Below are positions 10,045 to 19,329 of a stretch of DNA of 64,000 bases, piece by piece. The notes under the pieces are model-generated. The model saw nothing but the letters and a program-made list of their open reading frames with translations, made no database searches and was not told the origin of the DNA. The DNA is from a phage. The stretch lies in the NCBI GenBank assembly GCA_020279385.1, contig GCA_020279385.1_4762.1; one strand, written 5' to 3'. The stretch's first letter is position 1. Each line of letters starts with the position of its first letter. The translations under genes and the position numbers were made by a program.

Positions 10045-10331
10045 TAGAAACCCTTACGTCGTGCTTTCTGGCATTTCTTGATCATTTTATCAGAAATTTC
10101 GCGCTTAGGTGCAATCTCTTTCACACCGAAAGCACTAATGCCAAATTCAGAGAGAATATATTCAACTAACAATTCACGCACACGCGCTTTACCGATATTC
10201 ACGCCGTTATTTTTCAGATATGTCTGGCCTTCGACTTGCATCAGATCTAAATCTGCGTCGGTAATATTGATTTCTTCCATGCGCCCAAATCGAGAATAAA
10301 CCATGTGTGCGATTGCATTGTGTACTAACAT
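10044..10331 (-). CDS. Hypothetical protein
   Basis: Start reset to ATG 10331 preceded by GAGGAATATATT. Confidence 0.5.
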   Translation of the reverse strand: MLVHNAIAHMVYSRFGRMEEINITDADLDLMQVEGQTYLKNNGVNIGKARVRELLVEYILSEFGISAFGVKEIAPKREISDKMIKKCQKARRKGF

Positions 10332-10352
10332 AATATATTCCTCACTCAAGAA

Positions 10353-10460
10353 TTACTTAATGATACTTACTTTACCAGATCCATGACAATGAGCGCAACA
10401 CCCATCACCACGCAATCCTGTTCCGTTACAGTGTTTACACTTCTTCAACGGTAAAGCCAT
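10353..10460 (-). CDS. Small zinc-finger peptide (35 aa, 2x CxxCxGxG)
   Basis: MALPLKKCKHCNGTGLRGDGCCAHCHGSGKVSIIK; below ORF-track size cut-off; no clear SD. Confidence 0.3.
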   Translation of the reverse strand: MALPLKKCKHCNGTGLRGDGCCAHCHGSGKVSIIK

Positions 10461-10500
10461 TATAGCAAATAAAGCAATAATGAATACCGAAACTAAATTC

Positions 10501-10770
10501 TCAATAATCATAAATCGCCCTCAGTTCTTTATAGCCTCCAATGTGCTCGTTGTCAATGAATATCTGGGGGTATACAAACCGGAGGCTCTTTGAGTTTAGC
10601 CTCCCCGCCAGTTCTTCAATCATATCACGGTCGGGAATAATGTCAACCCCGACCTGCTTGAATACTGGTTTAAGTGTATACGGAATACCCAGATCATCCA
10701 GTAGCTTCATTGCACTAATACAACCATAACAATGATAAGCCTCTTTCGGTATACCGTATATCTCGATCAT
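10501..10770 (-). CDS. nrdH: Glutaredoxin-like protein (NrdH-like)
   Basis: 89 aa, CYGC redox motif, C-terminal YPQIFIDNEHIGGY glutaredoxin signature. Confidence 0.8.
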   Translation of the reverse strand: MIEIYGIPKEAYHCYGCISAMKLLDDLGIPYTLKPVFKQVGVDIIPDRDMIEELAGRLNSKSLRFVYPQIFIDNEHIGGYKELRAIYDY

Positions 10771-11249
10771 TTCTCAGCCTTTAATCTTTCTAGTTCTTCT
10801 TCCAGTTCCTTGATCCGTTGGTCACGTTCAAAGTCACGCTGTAACTTAGTGGCAAATACTCGCTTAAACTGATTGTAATCATCGATTTTAAACACTTCTT
10901 CTTCGCCATAGCGACGCACAGAAACTTCGTAGTTATTGAAGAATTGTTGCATCATTGCATCAGTAGTCAGTTCTGACGACACCACTTTAAAATAACGTTC
11001 TTCTGATTGCAAAAACCAGTTGTGCGCGTATTCCCGTACATCATCAACATTGCGGCAGGGGTATACCGTGCCATCAATTTCAATCACAGAAACATAATCG
11101 ATATCTGGTTCATGGCGATCAAACGCAATAACTTTAAATGGACGGTCTCCGATAAACTCTGCTATTGCATCATTTGCAACGCTAGAGTTTGCAAAATCTT
11201 CTCTCGTTTTATAATCTTTCCACTGATAGGTCATACCAACAACAAACAT
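10767..11249 (-). CDS. Paralog family A protein (MxWExGKTY family)
   Basis: Shares FANSS..A..IGDRPFKV core and C-terminal coiled coil with next three genes; start reset to ATG 11249 after GAGG. Confidence 0.6.
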   Translation of the reverse strand: MFVVGMTYQWKDYKTREDFANSSVANDAIAEFIGDRPFKVIAFDRHEPDIDYVSVIEIDGTVYPCRNVDDVREYAHNWFLQSEERYFKVVSSELTTDAMMQQFFNNYEVSVRRYGEEEVFKIDDYNQFKRVFATKLQRDFERDQRIKELEEELERLKAEK

Positions 11250-11250
11250 A

Positions 11251-11799
11251 TTACCAACCTCGCTCTTCACCAATCAAAAATTCAACTTCACGACGTTTAA
11301 TATCTTCTTGAAGGTCTTTAATCTTCTGGCGATCTTGCATGATTTCGTCCATCTTGTCAAGTGCTGCAATAAAATCATCGAAACGTTCAAAGGTTTTACC
11401 TTCATTTGCTTCGCCAAATTTAACCATTGTCAGACCATAACGACTACTAAACAGACGTTTCAACTGTCCAACGATCTTAGAATCATCGTTCACCTTTTCT
11501 TCTGGTTCTTTCACTGTTTCAACTTCACGAAAGAATTTTCTATCGAATGGACTAAAGAAATATGTTGCAGTCCAAATGTCTTTTCCTGTAGCAGTTTTCG
11601 CCGTATGATAAACACCGTCTAGCTCTATTGCATCAATCCATCCGTTACCCTCGATCTCGATGATGGTAAATGGCTTGTCACCAATAGCTGCACTAATATC
11701 GCTGTTAAGTGGAGAAAGAACACCTTCTCCGTTAGTAATAAACTCAGTTTTAGCGTTTTCATCTTTCCAAGTGTAAGTTTTACCAATTTCCCATTTCAT
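11251..11799 (-). CDS. Paralog family A protein
   Basis: MKWEIGKTYTWKD...; tandem paralog. Confidence 0.65.
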   Translation of the reverse strand: MKWEIGKTYTWKDENAKTEFITNGEGVLSPLNSDISAAIGDKPFTIIEIEGNGWIDAIELDGVYHTAKTATGKDIWTATYFFSPFDRKFFREVETVKEPEEKVNDDSKIVGQLKRLFSSRYGLTMVKFGEANEGKTFERFDDFIAALDKMDEIMQDRQKIKDLQEDIKRREVEFLIGEERGW

Positions 11800-11811
11800 A
11801 ATATATTCCCC

Positions 11812-12276
11812 TTAACCGATTTTATCAAGTTCGTTTAATGCTTTCTCTGCTTCCTGTATAGCTTGCACCCTTTCCGGCATTTTGTCAAGAAAATCTTTCA
11901 ACTCTTCAAAACTGGAGATATGACGCAAGGCGTTAGCACCGATAGCCGCATGTGATTTGCATTCAAAGCGGATTTTATAATTATCCATCGCCAACTTGAG
12001 AAGATCAATTAATTTAGATTCTTCTGGAATAATAATTTCTTCAAATCTGCTACGGTCATGATCCAGAAACCAACAAGATAGACCTACATCGGTTGAACTC
12101 ATATAAGTTCCATCATGAAGATAAACAGACCGCACGTATCCTTTTTTCGCATCAACCGACGCAACTTTAAACGGTAATCTCAGATATTTCAAATAATCAA
12201 CATCATACCATTTAAAAAATTGGTTTGCATCTTTTACATCTTTCCACGCATAGGTCTTACCAGCTTCCCATTTCAT
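11812..12276 (-). CDS. Paralog family A protein
   Basis: MKWEAGKTYAWKD... from ATG 12276. Confidence 0.6.
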   Translation of the reverse strand: MKWEAGKTYAWKDVKDANQFFKWYDVDYLKYLRLPFKVASVDAKKGYVRSVYLHDGTYMSSTDVGLSCWFLDHDRSRFEEIIIPEESKLIDLLKLAMDNYKIRFECKSHAAIGANALRHISSFEELKDFLDKMPERVQAIQEAEKALNELDKIG

Positions 12277-12280
12277 AATA

Positions 12281-12808
12281 TCATCTCTCATTTTTGATAC
12301 GTGATTCTAATTGGATCATACGGTCGCGCGTTTGTTTGTATTCTCGGATAGCACCGATCCGGCTAGGCATACCATCCAGTACGCTCTTAATACCTTCTAG
12401 GGTAGTAATTTTGGCAATGCTATTATGTAACCCCATCTTATCGATCAACTGAATGTCGTAGGCTTCCATAAGCAGACCCAGTCGTTCTAAAGTTAGGTCT
12501 TCTTCTTTTTCTTCCGAATCTGGAATCTTAGGTTCAATAGTAACTTCGGTAAAGAAACGACGCTCACCTGCCCAAAACCACACGCCGGAACAGCCAATAG
12601 GGGATTCTTTTAACGTCATAGAGTCGAAATTACTACCAATAATAGTAATTTCTCTAACATCACCATCATCGTCAAGGTCTTCTACCCTAAACGGGCGACC
12701 AGCCAACAAGTCAACAATACATCTGTTAATAGACGACGAAAATTTAGTCAGTTCGGCTTTCGACGCTTCGCATTCAATCTTGTAAGTTTTACCAACTTCC
12801 CATTCCAT
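12281..12808 (-). CDS. Paralog family A protein
   Basis: MEWEVGKTYKIE... from ATG 12808 after GAGGTG. Confidence 0.65.
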   Translation of the reverse strand: MEWEVGKTYKIECEASKAELTKFSSSINRCIVDLLAGRPFRVEDLDDDGDVREITIIGSNFDSMTLKESPIGCSGVWFWAGERRFFTEVTIEPKIPDSEEKEEDLTLERLGLLMEAYDIQLIDKMGLHNSIAKITTLEGIKSVLDGMPSRIGAIREYKQTRDRMIQLESRIKNER

Positions 12809-12818
12809 AATAATCACC

Positions 12819-13322
12819 TCAAATAATTTTCACTGGAATACTATTAACAATCTTGTATTGTACTTGATTGTCAGACCCCCGCCACGGCTTCTTCGTTGGC
12901 ATATCTTTAATATAACGACCATCTATGAACATGTCAACTGATTCTACAATTTTTCTTTGCTCATCATTCAATTGGTCAAGGGTATAACCGGACCATAGCC
13001 AAATATCTTTATTTGGCATCCATGATTTTACTTCATCGATGATCCGCTGTACACCCTTTAAATTGCGTTTATACAGTGGATCGCCACCTAAGAATGTTAG
13101 CCCCTGAATAAAATCAGGTCTAAGCAGATCCAGAATCAATCCCATTGTATCATCTGTGAATGGTTCCCCGTTCTTAGGATTGAGTAGACTGGAATTAAAG
13201 CAACCATCACATGCGTGTGAACATCCGGTAACGTAAAGGGAGACTCTCACTCCCTCACCGTTAACCATATCACAATCTTTAATATCGGCATAGCGTAGTT
13301 TGCCGTATGTATCAGAACTCAT
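12819..13322 (-). CDS. nrdG: Anaerobic ribonucleotide reductase activating protein NrdG (radical SAM)
   Basis: CSHACDGC CxxxCxxC motif, GGDPL, WRGSDNQV as in T4 NrdG. Confidence 0.9.
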   Translation of the reverse strand: MSSDTYGKLRYADIKDCDMVNGEGVRVSLYVTGCSHACDGCFNSSLLNPKNGEPFTDDTMGLILDLLRPDFIQGLTFLGGDPLYKRNLKGVQRIIDEVKSWMPNKDIWLWSGYTLDQLNDEQRKIVESVDMFIDGRYIKDMPTKKPWRGSDNQVQYKIVNSIPVKII

Positions 13323-13464
13323 ATTCAATTACCCCGAACTCGTTTACAATCTGCGCTTTATAGTAACCACCGCGAGATGCTAATAGATAAGCTGGGCTTA
13401 GGTATTCGTATTCACGGATTTCTACTTGTGCGTTTTCAGTTTCCCAAATCAGTAAAGTCCACAT
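13312..13464 (-). CDS. Possible small ORF (49 aa) overlapping nrdG start
   Basis: ATG 13464 downstream of promoter 13507-13535 and SD GGAGAA; MWTLLIWETENAQVEIREYEY... Confidence 0.25.
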   Translation of the reverse strand: MWTLLIWETENAQVEIREYEYLSPAYLLASRGGYYKAQIVNEFGVIEYEF

Positions 13465-13506
13465 GTTCGATTCTCCTGTAAAGTTGTATCTCGTCTTGAT
13501 GAATAT

Positions 13507-13535
13507 AGTATAGGGGATCTCGCGATCCCCGTCAA
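13507..13535 (-). promoter_or_regulatory. Early promoter TTGACG-[GGGATCGCGAGATCCCC]-TATACT
   Basis: Palindrome fills spacer; upstream of nrdG. Confidence 0.5.
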
Positions 13536-13539
13536 GCGT

Positions 13540-14073
13540 TTATTTTAAATTTTTTCGAATGTATTCAGACCATTCCTTCCCTGTCATTTCGGACCCGTTC
13601 TGGAAACTGAAATATTCATACGGCATCGAGTCAAGATAAAACAGGATCATACATCGCGCCATATAATACCAATCACGATTAAAGTAAACTACGTTATCAC
13701 CAGTACCATCAGCACCTTTATCATAACCATCTCGGGTACGGGCGACCCATTGAATAGTATCATTTTTCTCACGGATAGTCACAGGTTCCCAATATCCAGC
13801 ACATCCAGCATGACCACACGAACAAGTAAGGAAATATTGCCCTTTTGCTTTGTTGTCATCCCATTCACGATGGATTGGTTCGATCTCGTGAAACAGTGCC
13901 AAACAATCATGATTATGCAACACTGGCTTACCATCAATCAATGCATGGAATGTATACAAACGACCAGTAGACAAATAGCTATCCTCGCGCTCACAGAGTT
14001 CAATAGCAATCTTTTTAGCTCGTTCTTTGTGTCGTTGTGCTTTACGTTTACGGTTTAATGATTTCATAGTCAC
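13540..14073 (-). CDS. Hypothetical protein (Cys-cluster CSCGHAGC)
   Basis: 177-aa ORF between nrdD and nrdG (mobD position in T4, no HEG motifs seen). Confidence 0.55.
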   Translation of the reverse strand: MTMKSLNRKRKAQRHKERAKKIAIELCEREDSYLSTGRLYTFHALIDGKPVLHNHDCLALFHEIEPIHREWDDNKAKGQYFLTCSCGHAGCAGYWEPVTIREKNDTIQWVARTRDGYDKGADGTGDNVVYFNRDWYYMARCMILFYLDSMPYEYFSFQNGSEMTGKEWSEYIRKNLK

Positions 14074-14084
14074 CTCACATTATT

Positions 14085-14489
14085 TCAAAGATCGCGATAT
14101 TGTACATTATGAAAATGAGAACTTGCATTACCAATATTGTAGATAATAAATTCTTCATCCGGCGCTTGCGCTACAAATTGAGTATGAGCAACCGCCACAA
14201 CCTTAAAAATACGATCCGTGATCTTGTGTTTAATTTCTGCCCCTACTTCCATAGGAACATATTCATTTGTTTCTGTTTCAGTCGCAAAACAGCCATCTTC
14301 TTCATAAGCACGAACAAATCGGTCGCAATCAGTACGCTTAACAAATTCAAGAGTATATAATTCTCGTGAATTGTCGGTATAGACCAATACAGAATTATTA
14401 TGATAGCGAATCACATACAGGTTATTATCATCGTCAATTACGCAAAAGCTACGGATTCCTTCGCCTTGACTCCAGCAGATATTAACCAC
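14085..14489 (-). CDS. Hypothetical protein
   Basis: 134-aa ORF, GTG start after GAGGAACG. Confidence 0.5.
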   Translation of the reverse strand: MVNICWSQGEGIRSFCVIDDDNNLYVIRYHNNSVLVYTDNSRELYTLEFVKRTDCDRFVRAYEEDGCFATETETNEYVPMEVGAEIKHKITDRIFKVVAVAHTQFVAQAPDEEFIIYNIGNASSHFHNVQYRDL

Positions 14490-14651
14490 CGTTCCTCTAA
14501 TAAAAAACTTTCCTTTAAATTAAAACTAGTCAATGTGCTAGCGTGCATTTTAACAACAACACCATCGCCAATTTCCAGTTTACGAAGTTTAACTTCTTTG
14601 CTCAGTACACAAAACATCATCATGTTGTCCTCTCTTTGTTTCGATGTGAGC

Positions 14652-14679
14652 ATTATACATGAGCTAATCATGTTGTCAA
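14652..14679 (-). promoter_or_regulatory. Early promoter TTGACA-N16-TATAAT
   Basis: Immediately downstream of nrdD terminator. Confidence 0.5.
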
Positions 14680-14685
14680 CACCCC

Positions 14686-14717
14686 AAAACGAAAAAGCCG
14701 ACCCTTTCGGATCGGCT
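14686..14717 (-). terminator. Intrinsic terminator after nrdD
   Basis: GCCGATCC-GAAA-GGGTCGGC hairpin plus UUUUUCGUUUU. Confidence 0.65.
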
Positions 14718-14722
14718 AAAAA

Positions 14723-16585
14723 TTACATGTGCTTAACGCGGTTTACCATCTCGGAGTGTTTCCCGTGGTTAAATGGACGCAGATCAACAGATCCAAGATA
14801 TCCACTAACGCGACGGATAACATTCATATTTTCCAGATTGTCATTTCCGCAATCAGGGCAAACAAAACCCAACTCGGTCGCTCTCATTTCCTTATTAGAT
14901 CCGCATACATGACATACATCAGAAGGAGTATTAACACCGAAGTAGTGCAATTTATCCATTGCATAGTCTACTACAGTTTCAAGACCTTTCAGGTTGTTTT
15001 TCATGTCTGGGAACTCAACATAAGAGATCATGCCACCGGACGCCAGCCAGTGATAATCTTTCTCAAAGTCGATTTTCTCAAATGGTGTGACTTTCCGGTC
15101 TACGTCAAGGTGGAATGAGTTGGTGTACCAGTCTTTATCGGTAGCACCCTTAACAATACCAAATTGCGCTCGGTCCAGTCGATTAAATCGATAGCAAAGG
15201 CTCTCGGCTGGCGTACCGTAAAGACTAAACCCAAGTCCGGTTTCATCCTTCCATTTTTCAGTATAATGACGCAAGATCTTAAGAATATGTTTACCGTATC
15301 GCTGCGCATCTTCCGAATCAAACGGATGAACACCAAACAGGACGCTCAATACCTCATGTAAACCAATATATCCAAGAGAGATACTAGCGCGACCATCTTT
15401 CAACACTTCCAAAATTTCATCGTTTTGATGAATACGGAAAAATGCACCTTCTGTATACAGCACCGGAGCAACATTGGCTTTAGCCCCTTTTAAAGCGTCT
15501 ACGCGACTCATGAGCGCATCAAAACAAATAGGCATACGATTAGCTAGCTCTTGTTCGAATAGCTCAATTCTGCGCATTACAGACGCTTTACCAGCACGAC
15601 GCGCGGCAATAATGGCAATACGCGGAAGATTTAGAGTCACAACACCTAAGTTATTACGTCCGTCTAATACTTCTTCGCCTTTCTCATTATGCCACACACC
15701 CAGGAAGCTACGACAACCCATCGGGCTAACCGGAACACTAGATCCGGTGATACTACGGTTATTCTTCGCAGAGATATAATCAGGGTAAAGACGCTTACTA
15801 GAACATTCCAATGCAAGTTGCTTAATGTCGTAGTTCGGATCTTCCGGTTTAAGGTTTAATCCTTCTTCTAAGAACATCACCAGCTTAGGAAACACCGGAG
15901 TGATACCATCTTTACCTAAACCTTTAGTTCGAACTTTCAGGATCGCTTTCTGAATCAGTTTTTCTTCCCAGCTAGTCCCCATACCAAAGGTTAAAGTCAC
16001 AAAAGGCGTTTGACCGTTGGTGGAGAACAAAGTGTTGATCTCATATTCCAACGCCTGATATCCGTCTAGCGTTTCTTTTTCTGTCTTCTCTTGTGCATAG
16101 AGAGTATCAGCTTTGATTCCGTAGGTTTCGGCATCAGCAAGGTGTTTATGATATGTTTTCTCAACGTATGGCGCTAAAACCTGATCGATGTTTGCAATTG
16201 TGGTCCCTCCATATTGATGACTCGCCACCTGTGCGATAATTTGAGCGGTTACAGCACATGCAACACCGATCGATTTCGGACTTTCGATTTGTGCGCTACC
16301 CAATTTAAAACCATTCTCTAACATGTCTTTGAGATTAACAAGACAGCAGTTAGTAAACGGCATAGCGGGTGCATAATCCATATCATGATAATGAATGTCA
16401 CCGTCTACATGCGCTTTATAGATGTGCTCAGGTAACACGGTTTTAGCAATCTGTTTAGACACAGCACCAGCAATCAGATCTCGACGTGTCGGGAATGTTC
16501 GCGCGTCTTTGTTCGCGTTCTCTTTGCTTACTTCGTTTTCTTTACCCGTTGCGATCTCTGTAATGTCTTTGATTAGTTTTTCCAT
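14723..16585 (-). CDS. nrdD: Anaerobic ribonucleoside-triphosphate reductase NrdD
   Basis: 620 aa, C-terminal glycyl-radical motif RRVSGYLG and Zn-ribbon CHVCGS..CPDCG. Confidence 0.95.
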   Translation of the reverse strand: MEKLIKDITEIATGKENEVSKENANKDARTFPTRRDLIAGAVSKQIAKTVLPEHIYKAHVDGDIHYHDMDYAPAMPFTNCCLVNLKDMLENGFKLGSAQIESPKSIGVACAVTAQIIAQVASHQYGGTTIANIDQVLAPYVEKTYHKHLADAETYGIKADTLYAQEKTEKETLDGYQALEYEINTLFSTNGQTPFVTLTFGMGTSWEEKLIQKAILKVRTKGLGKDGITPVFPKLVMFLEEGLNLKPEDPNYDIKQLALECSSKRLYPDYISAKNNRSITGSSVPVSPMGCRSFLGVWHNEKGEEVLDGRNNLGVVTLNLPRIAIIAARRAGKASVMRRIELFEQELANRMPICFDALMSRVDALKGAKANVAPVLYTEGAFFRIHQNDEILEVLKDGRASISLGYIGLHEVLSVLFGVHPFDSEDAQRYGKHILKILRHYTEKWKDETGLGFSLYGTPAESLCYRFNRLDRAQFGIVKGATDKDWYTNSFHLDVDRKVTPFEKIDFEKDYHWLASGGMISYVEFPDMKNNLKGLETVVDYAMDKLHYFGVNTPSDVCHVCGSNKEMRATELGFVCPDCGNDNLENMNVIRRVSGYLGSVDLRPFNHGKHSEMVNRVKHM

Positions 16586-16629
16586 TGTATCACCTATGAA
16601 AAAGCGGGATTTCTCCCGCTCGTTGATAG

Positions 16630-17124
16630 TTATTTTACCAGTTCTGCTAATTCTTTTTCCGCCGCTTCCAGTTCAGCTTTCAGTTGTTTGATCTCTTGTC
16701 GCTTCTTATTAGCGGCTTCCTGCTTACTATTTCGGATAATCTGATCTAGATATGAATCCCACTCCTGAATATTTTTGATAATGTAACCGTCAACATTAAT
16801 TGGTCGGAGATTTAGTACAGCTTCCAGTTTAGTTGCAAAAACTTTAATTGCTGGTGTGAAGTATTCATACTCGTTATCTTCAAACCAATAACCTAGACTT
16901 GCATTATCAATACGAAGACGAAGTTTAAGATCAAGGTCTTTATCTTCGGTGTAAAGATCTTTCACCTGCCCCATCGAGCTAACAACAACTTTAAAACGAA
17001 TTTTATCTACACCGCCAAAAACATCTTCAAGAATATCAGCAATTGAGCTATTAGCGCAAGATTGGTCGCTGAATGCGTCAAGATTTTCTTTAGTTACAGT
17101 ATACCAAATATCTTGTTTCCACAT
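16630..17124 (-). CDS. Paralog family A-like protein
   Basis: CANSSIADILEDVFGGVDKIRFKV core plus C-terminal coiled coil; conserved RBS GAGGATTATATTATG. Confidence 0.6.
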   Translation of the reverse strand: MWKQDIWYTVTKENLDAFSDQSCANSSIADILEDVFGGVDKIRFKVVVSSMGQVKDLYTEDKDLDLKLRLRIDNASLGYWFEDNEYEYFTPAIKVFATKLEAVLNLRPINVDGYIIKNIQEWDSYLDQIIRNSKQEAANKKRQEIKQLKAELEAAEKELAELVK

Positions 17125-17154
17125 AATATAATCCTCTCGTTGTTAAGTGGGAGT

Positions 17155-17182
17155 ATTATAGCATACTCCCTTTGCATGTCAA
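17155..17182 (-). promoter_or_regulatory. Early promoter TTGACA-N16-TATAAT with GGGAGTAT/ATACTCCC hairpin around -10
   Basis: Upstream of 16630-17124. Confidence 0.5.
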
Positions 17183-18357
17183 GCACCAACTTTTTTCTTT
17201 ACTGCTTTCACCTTCTGGCGAATTGCTCGAATCTCTTCGATCTCTTTTTCAGTCTCTTTAACAATTTCTTTGCGATTCTGAATATCTGTATCGAGATTAT
17301 CATCAAGTTTAGGCAGCATGTCAATCAAGAACTTTTTAAGGTCTTTCAGGTTTCGGATAACAGCACCTTCACCCATTACCGCAACACCAACACCATCCGG
17401 CAGATCACCAAACAGTTTAACCAGTTCAGACAGATGATCATGGTCTTCTAATGCTTCCTCCGGTTCAGATGGCAGTTCAACAAAGTTATAACGTTCATCA
17501 TTGCTGATCAAGTGATACCAGCAAAGCCCGAAAGATTTCGGTGTATATTCTACACCATCAATTTCAACCGCGTCAACACTTCCATAATCATCTACTTTAG
17601 TTACCTTAAATCCTTGTCCCAGCTTTTGAACAATTTCAACAACATGACTTGATACAGTTTCAGCGGTAAACCAATATGGCAAATTATGCTGATTTGGCTT
17701 GTAGCGTTCACCTACTTTAAATCTCTGACCATCCGCTTGCATAGAATGAAATTGTTGTTTCGTGATTTCCGCGAAGTATTCAAATTCGCCACCATCAAAC
17801 ACACAAGCCCATTGATCACAAAAACGATCTGCCTTAACAGTTTCACCTTTCGCGGTGATCATGGTAGCCGATCCATGAAATTCTTCTTCAACTAAAAAGC
17901 CATATTCGACAAAATCAACAAGTTTCATAGCTTCTTTGTGGTCTGGATCATGCTCTCCCCAGAATCGCTTAAATTCTTGCAAACCTTCTGGGGTAAACGA
18001 ATAACATTTACCTTTTTCAAAGTAAGTCGGCATTGCATCCTCTTTCTTGTTCATCGCTTCGTATGCCTCTTTTGAGATGCGTTTAAAGTATTTACGCTCA
18101 TTGTGCATAATCATAGTGGCCCAATAATCAACAATATCATTAGCGGAATAAACTACATCTCCAGCTTCAATAGTAATAACATGACCGTGGTCATCTTTTT
18201 CTAATACTTTAAAGCCCTTTTCTACGATTTCAGCAACCCGAATATGACCACGGCGCGAAGCATCGGTCAGAATAATTGAATAGCGAGAAAAGTCTAGAAA
18301 CTCATCTTTACCGCCTTCACGGAATGCATAGTAATGACCTTCAAAGAATTTAGCCAT
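17179..18357 (-). CDS. Paralog family B protein (internally duplicated, 392 aa)
   Basis: Contains two copies of the ...ERKYFKRI... module found in next two genes. Confidence 0.65.
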   Translation of the reverse strand: MAKFFEGHYYAFREGGKDEFLDFSRYSIILTDASRRGHIRVAEIVEKGFKVLEKDDHGHVITIEAGDVVYSANDIVDYWATMIMHNERKYFKRISKEAYEAMNKKEDAMPTYFEKGKCYSFTPEGLQEFKRFWGEHDPDHKEAMKLVDFVEYGFLVEEEFHGSATMITAKGETVKADRFCDQWACVFDGGEFEYFAEITKQQFHSMQADGQRFKVGERYKPNQHNLPYWFTAETVSSHVVEIVQKLGQGFKVTKVDDYGSVDAVEIDGVEYTPKSFGLCWYHLISNDERYNFVELPSEPEEALEDHDHLSELVKLFGDLPDGVGVAVMGEGAVIRNLKDLKKFLIDMLPKLDDNLDTDIQNRKEIVKETEKEIEEIRAIRQKVKAVKKKVGA

Positions 18358-18387
18358 AATATAATCCTCTCGTTGTTAAGTGGGAGT

Positions 18388-18416
18388 ATCTTACTACTCC
18401 CGTTTCATCATGTCAA
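18388..18416 (-). promoter_or_regulatory. Early promoter TTGACA-N17-TAAGAT with GGGAGTA/TACTCCC palindrome
   Basis: Upstream of 17179-18357. Confidence 0.45.
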
Positions 18417-18979
18417 GCGTTAAATGACTTTTGGATCTCTTTCAGTTCAGCTACTTTATCGGCGCTGAATTTAGCGTAGGTATCATGTCGAATAATTTCA
18501 CTTTCAAGAAAGGTTTCCAGCCGAGATCTATTTTCAATAAGGAACTCTTTCAGGTCTTCCGCGTTCTTGATAAAGATTTTATTGTCAGTAATGTCATCTT
18601 CAATCGCAAAGGAGATAGAGCGAACTTTACCAAACAAGTTAATCAGATCTTCCAGCGATTCTTCTTTCTTAACTGGTTTCATTTCTTCAAACTGCTTTTT
18701 AGTGATTCGTTTAAAGTATTTGCGCTCGCTTGCGTCAATCATGATTGACGCGCCCTCATAATCATGAGTTTCTACCAAATACACTTTACCCATAACATTA
18801 ACCGTAAGAACTTTAAAGCCCCTGTGAAGCACACCATACAGGAACTTGTTATGTTGTGGATAGCGTTTGATAAATTCCTCTGCGGACTCAGCATTACGGA
18901 AAGTGTAATAACGACCTCGTTCAAAAACAGCATCATTTGAAGACTTAGCTGGATACAATTTATACGTTTTCTGTACCAT
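18413..18979 (-). CDS. Paralog family B protein
   Basis: MVQKTYKLY... from ATG 18979 with GAGGATTATATT RBS; ERKYFKRITKKQFEEMK motif. Confidence 0.6.
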   Translation of the reverse strand: MVQKTYKLYPAKSSNDAVFERGRYYTFRNAESAEEFIKRYPQHNKFLYGVLHRGFKVLTVNVMGKVYLVETHDYEGASIMIDASERKYFKRITKKQFEEMKPVKKEESLEDLINLFGKVRSISFAIEDDITDNKIFIKNAEDLKEFLIENRSRLETFLESEIIRHDTYAKFSADKVAELKEIQKSFNA

Positions 18980-18993
18980 AATATAATCCTCTA

Positions 18994-19266
18994 TCATTTC
19001 ACTAATTGAACAGCACGAAACAGAATGCGGTCACACGGAAGAAGCATAAATTCCCAACGCGGATCAAAGTCTTTAGCGGTATATGTTTTCCCATCAACCG
19101 AGATTTCACTTACATAACCAATAGGTGACACTTTAAGAACAGTAAACCCATTCTTGATGACTTCGTAGGTATCTTTCAATCCTTCGTAGTCATCCTCTAG
19201 GAAGTCTTTACGTGCTTGCTCAGATTTAAAAACATAGGCCACACCGGATTTAAACATCTTACGCAT
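18994..19266 (-). CDS. Paralog family B short member
   Basis: MRKMFKSGVAYVFKSEQARKDF... from ATG 19266 after AAGGAGAATCAA. Confidence 0.5.
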   Translation of the reverse strand: MRKMFKSGVAYVFKSEQARKDFLEDDYEGLKDTYEVIKNGFTVLKVSPIGYVSEISVDGKTYTAKDFDPRWEFMLLPCDRILFRAVQLVK

Positions 19267-19297
19267 TGTTGATTCTCCTTCTTGATTAGATGGGAGT

Positions 19298-19326
19298 ATT
19301 TTACTACTCCCATTTCTTATTGTCAA
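19298..19326 (-). promoter_or_regulatory. Early promoter TTGACA-N17-TAAAAT with GGGAGTA/TACTCCC palindrome
   Basis: Upstream of 18994-19266. Confidence 0.45.
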
Positions 19327-19329
19327 CTA

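Noticed and set aside
10470-10500. MotA-box-like TTGCTTTA upstream of the small zinc-finger ORF as a middle promoter
   Set aside because: Spacing to the nearest TATAAT is only about 5 nt and the -10 would overlap the ATG; it does not fit middle-promoter geometry.
14400-14912. Plus-strand 170-aa ORF spanning the nrdD terminator/promoter region
   Set aside because: Runs antisense through nrdD 3' end, a terminator hairpin and a promoter; no RBS.
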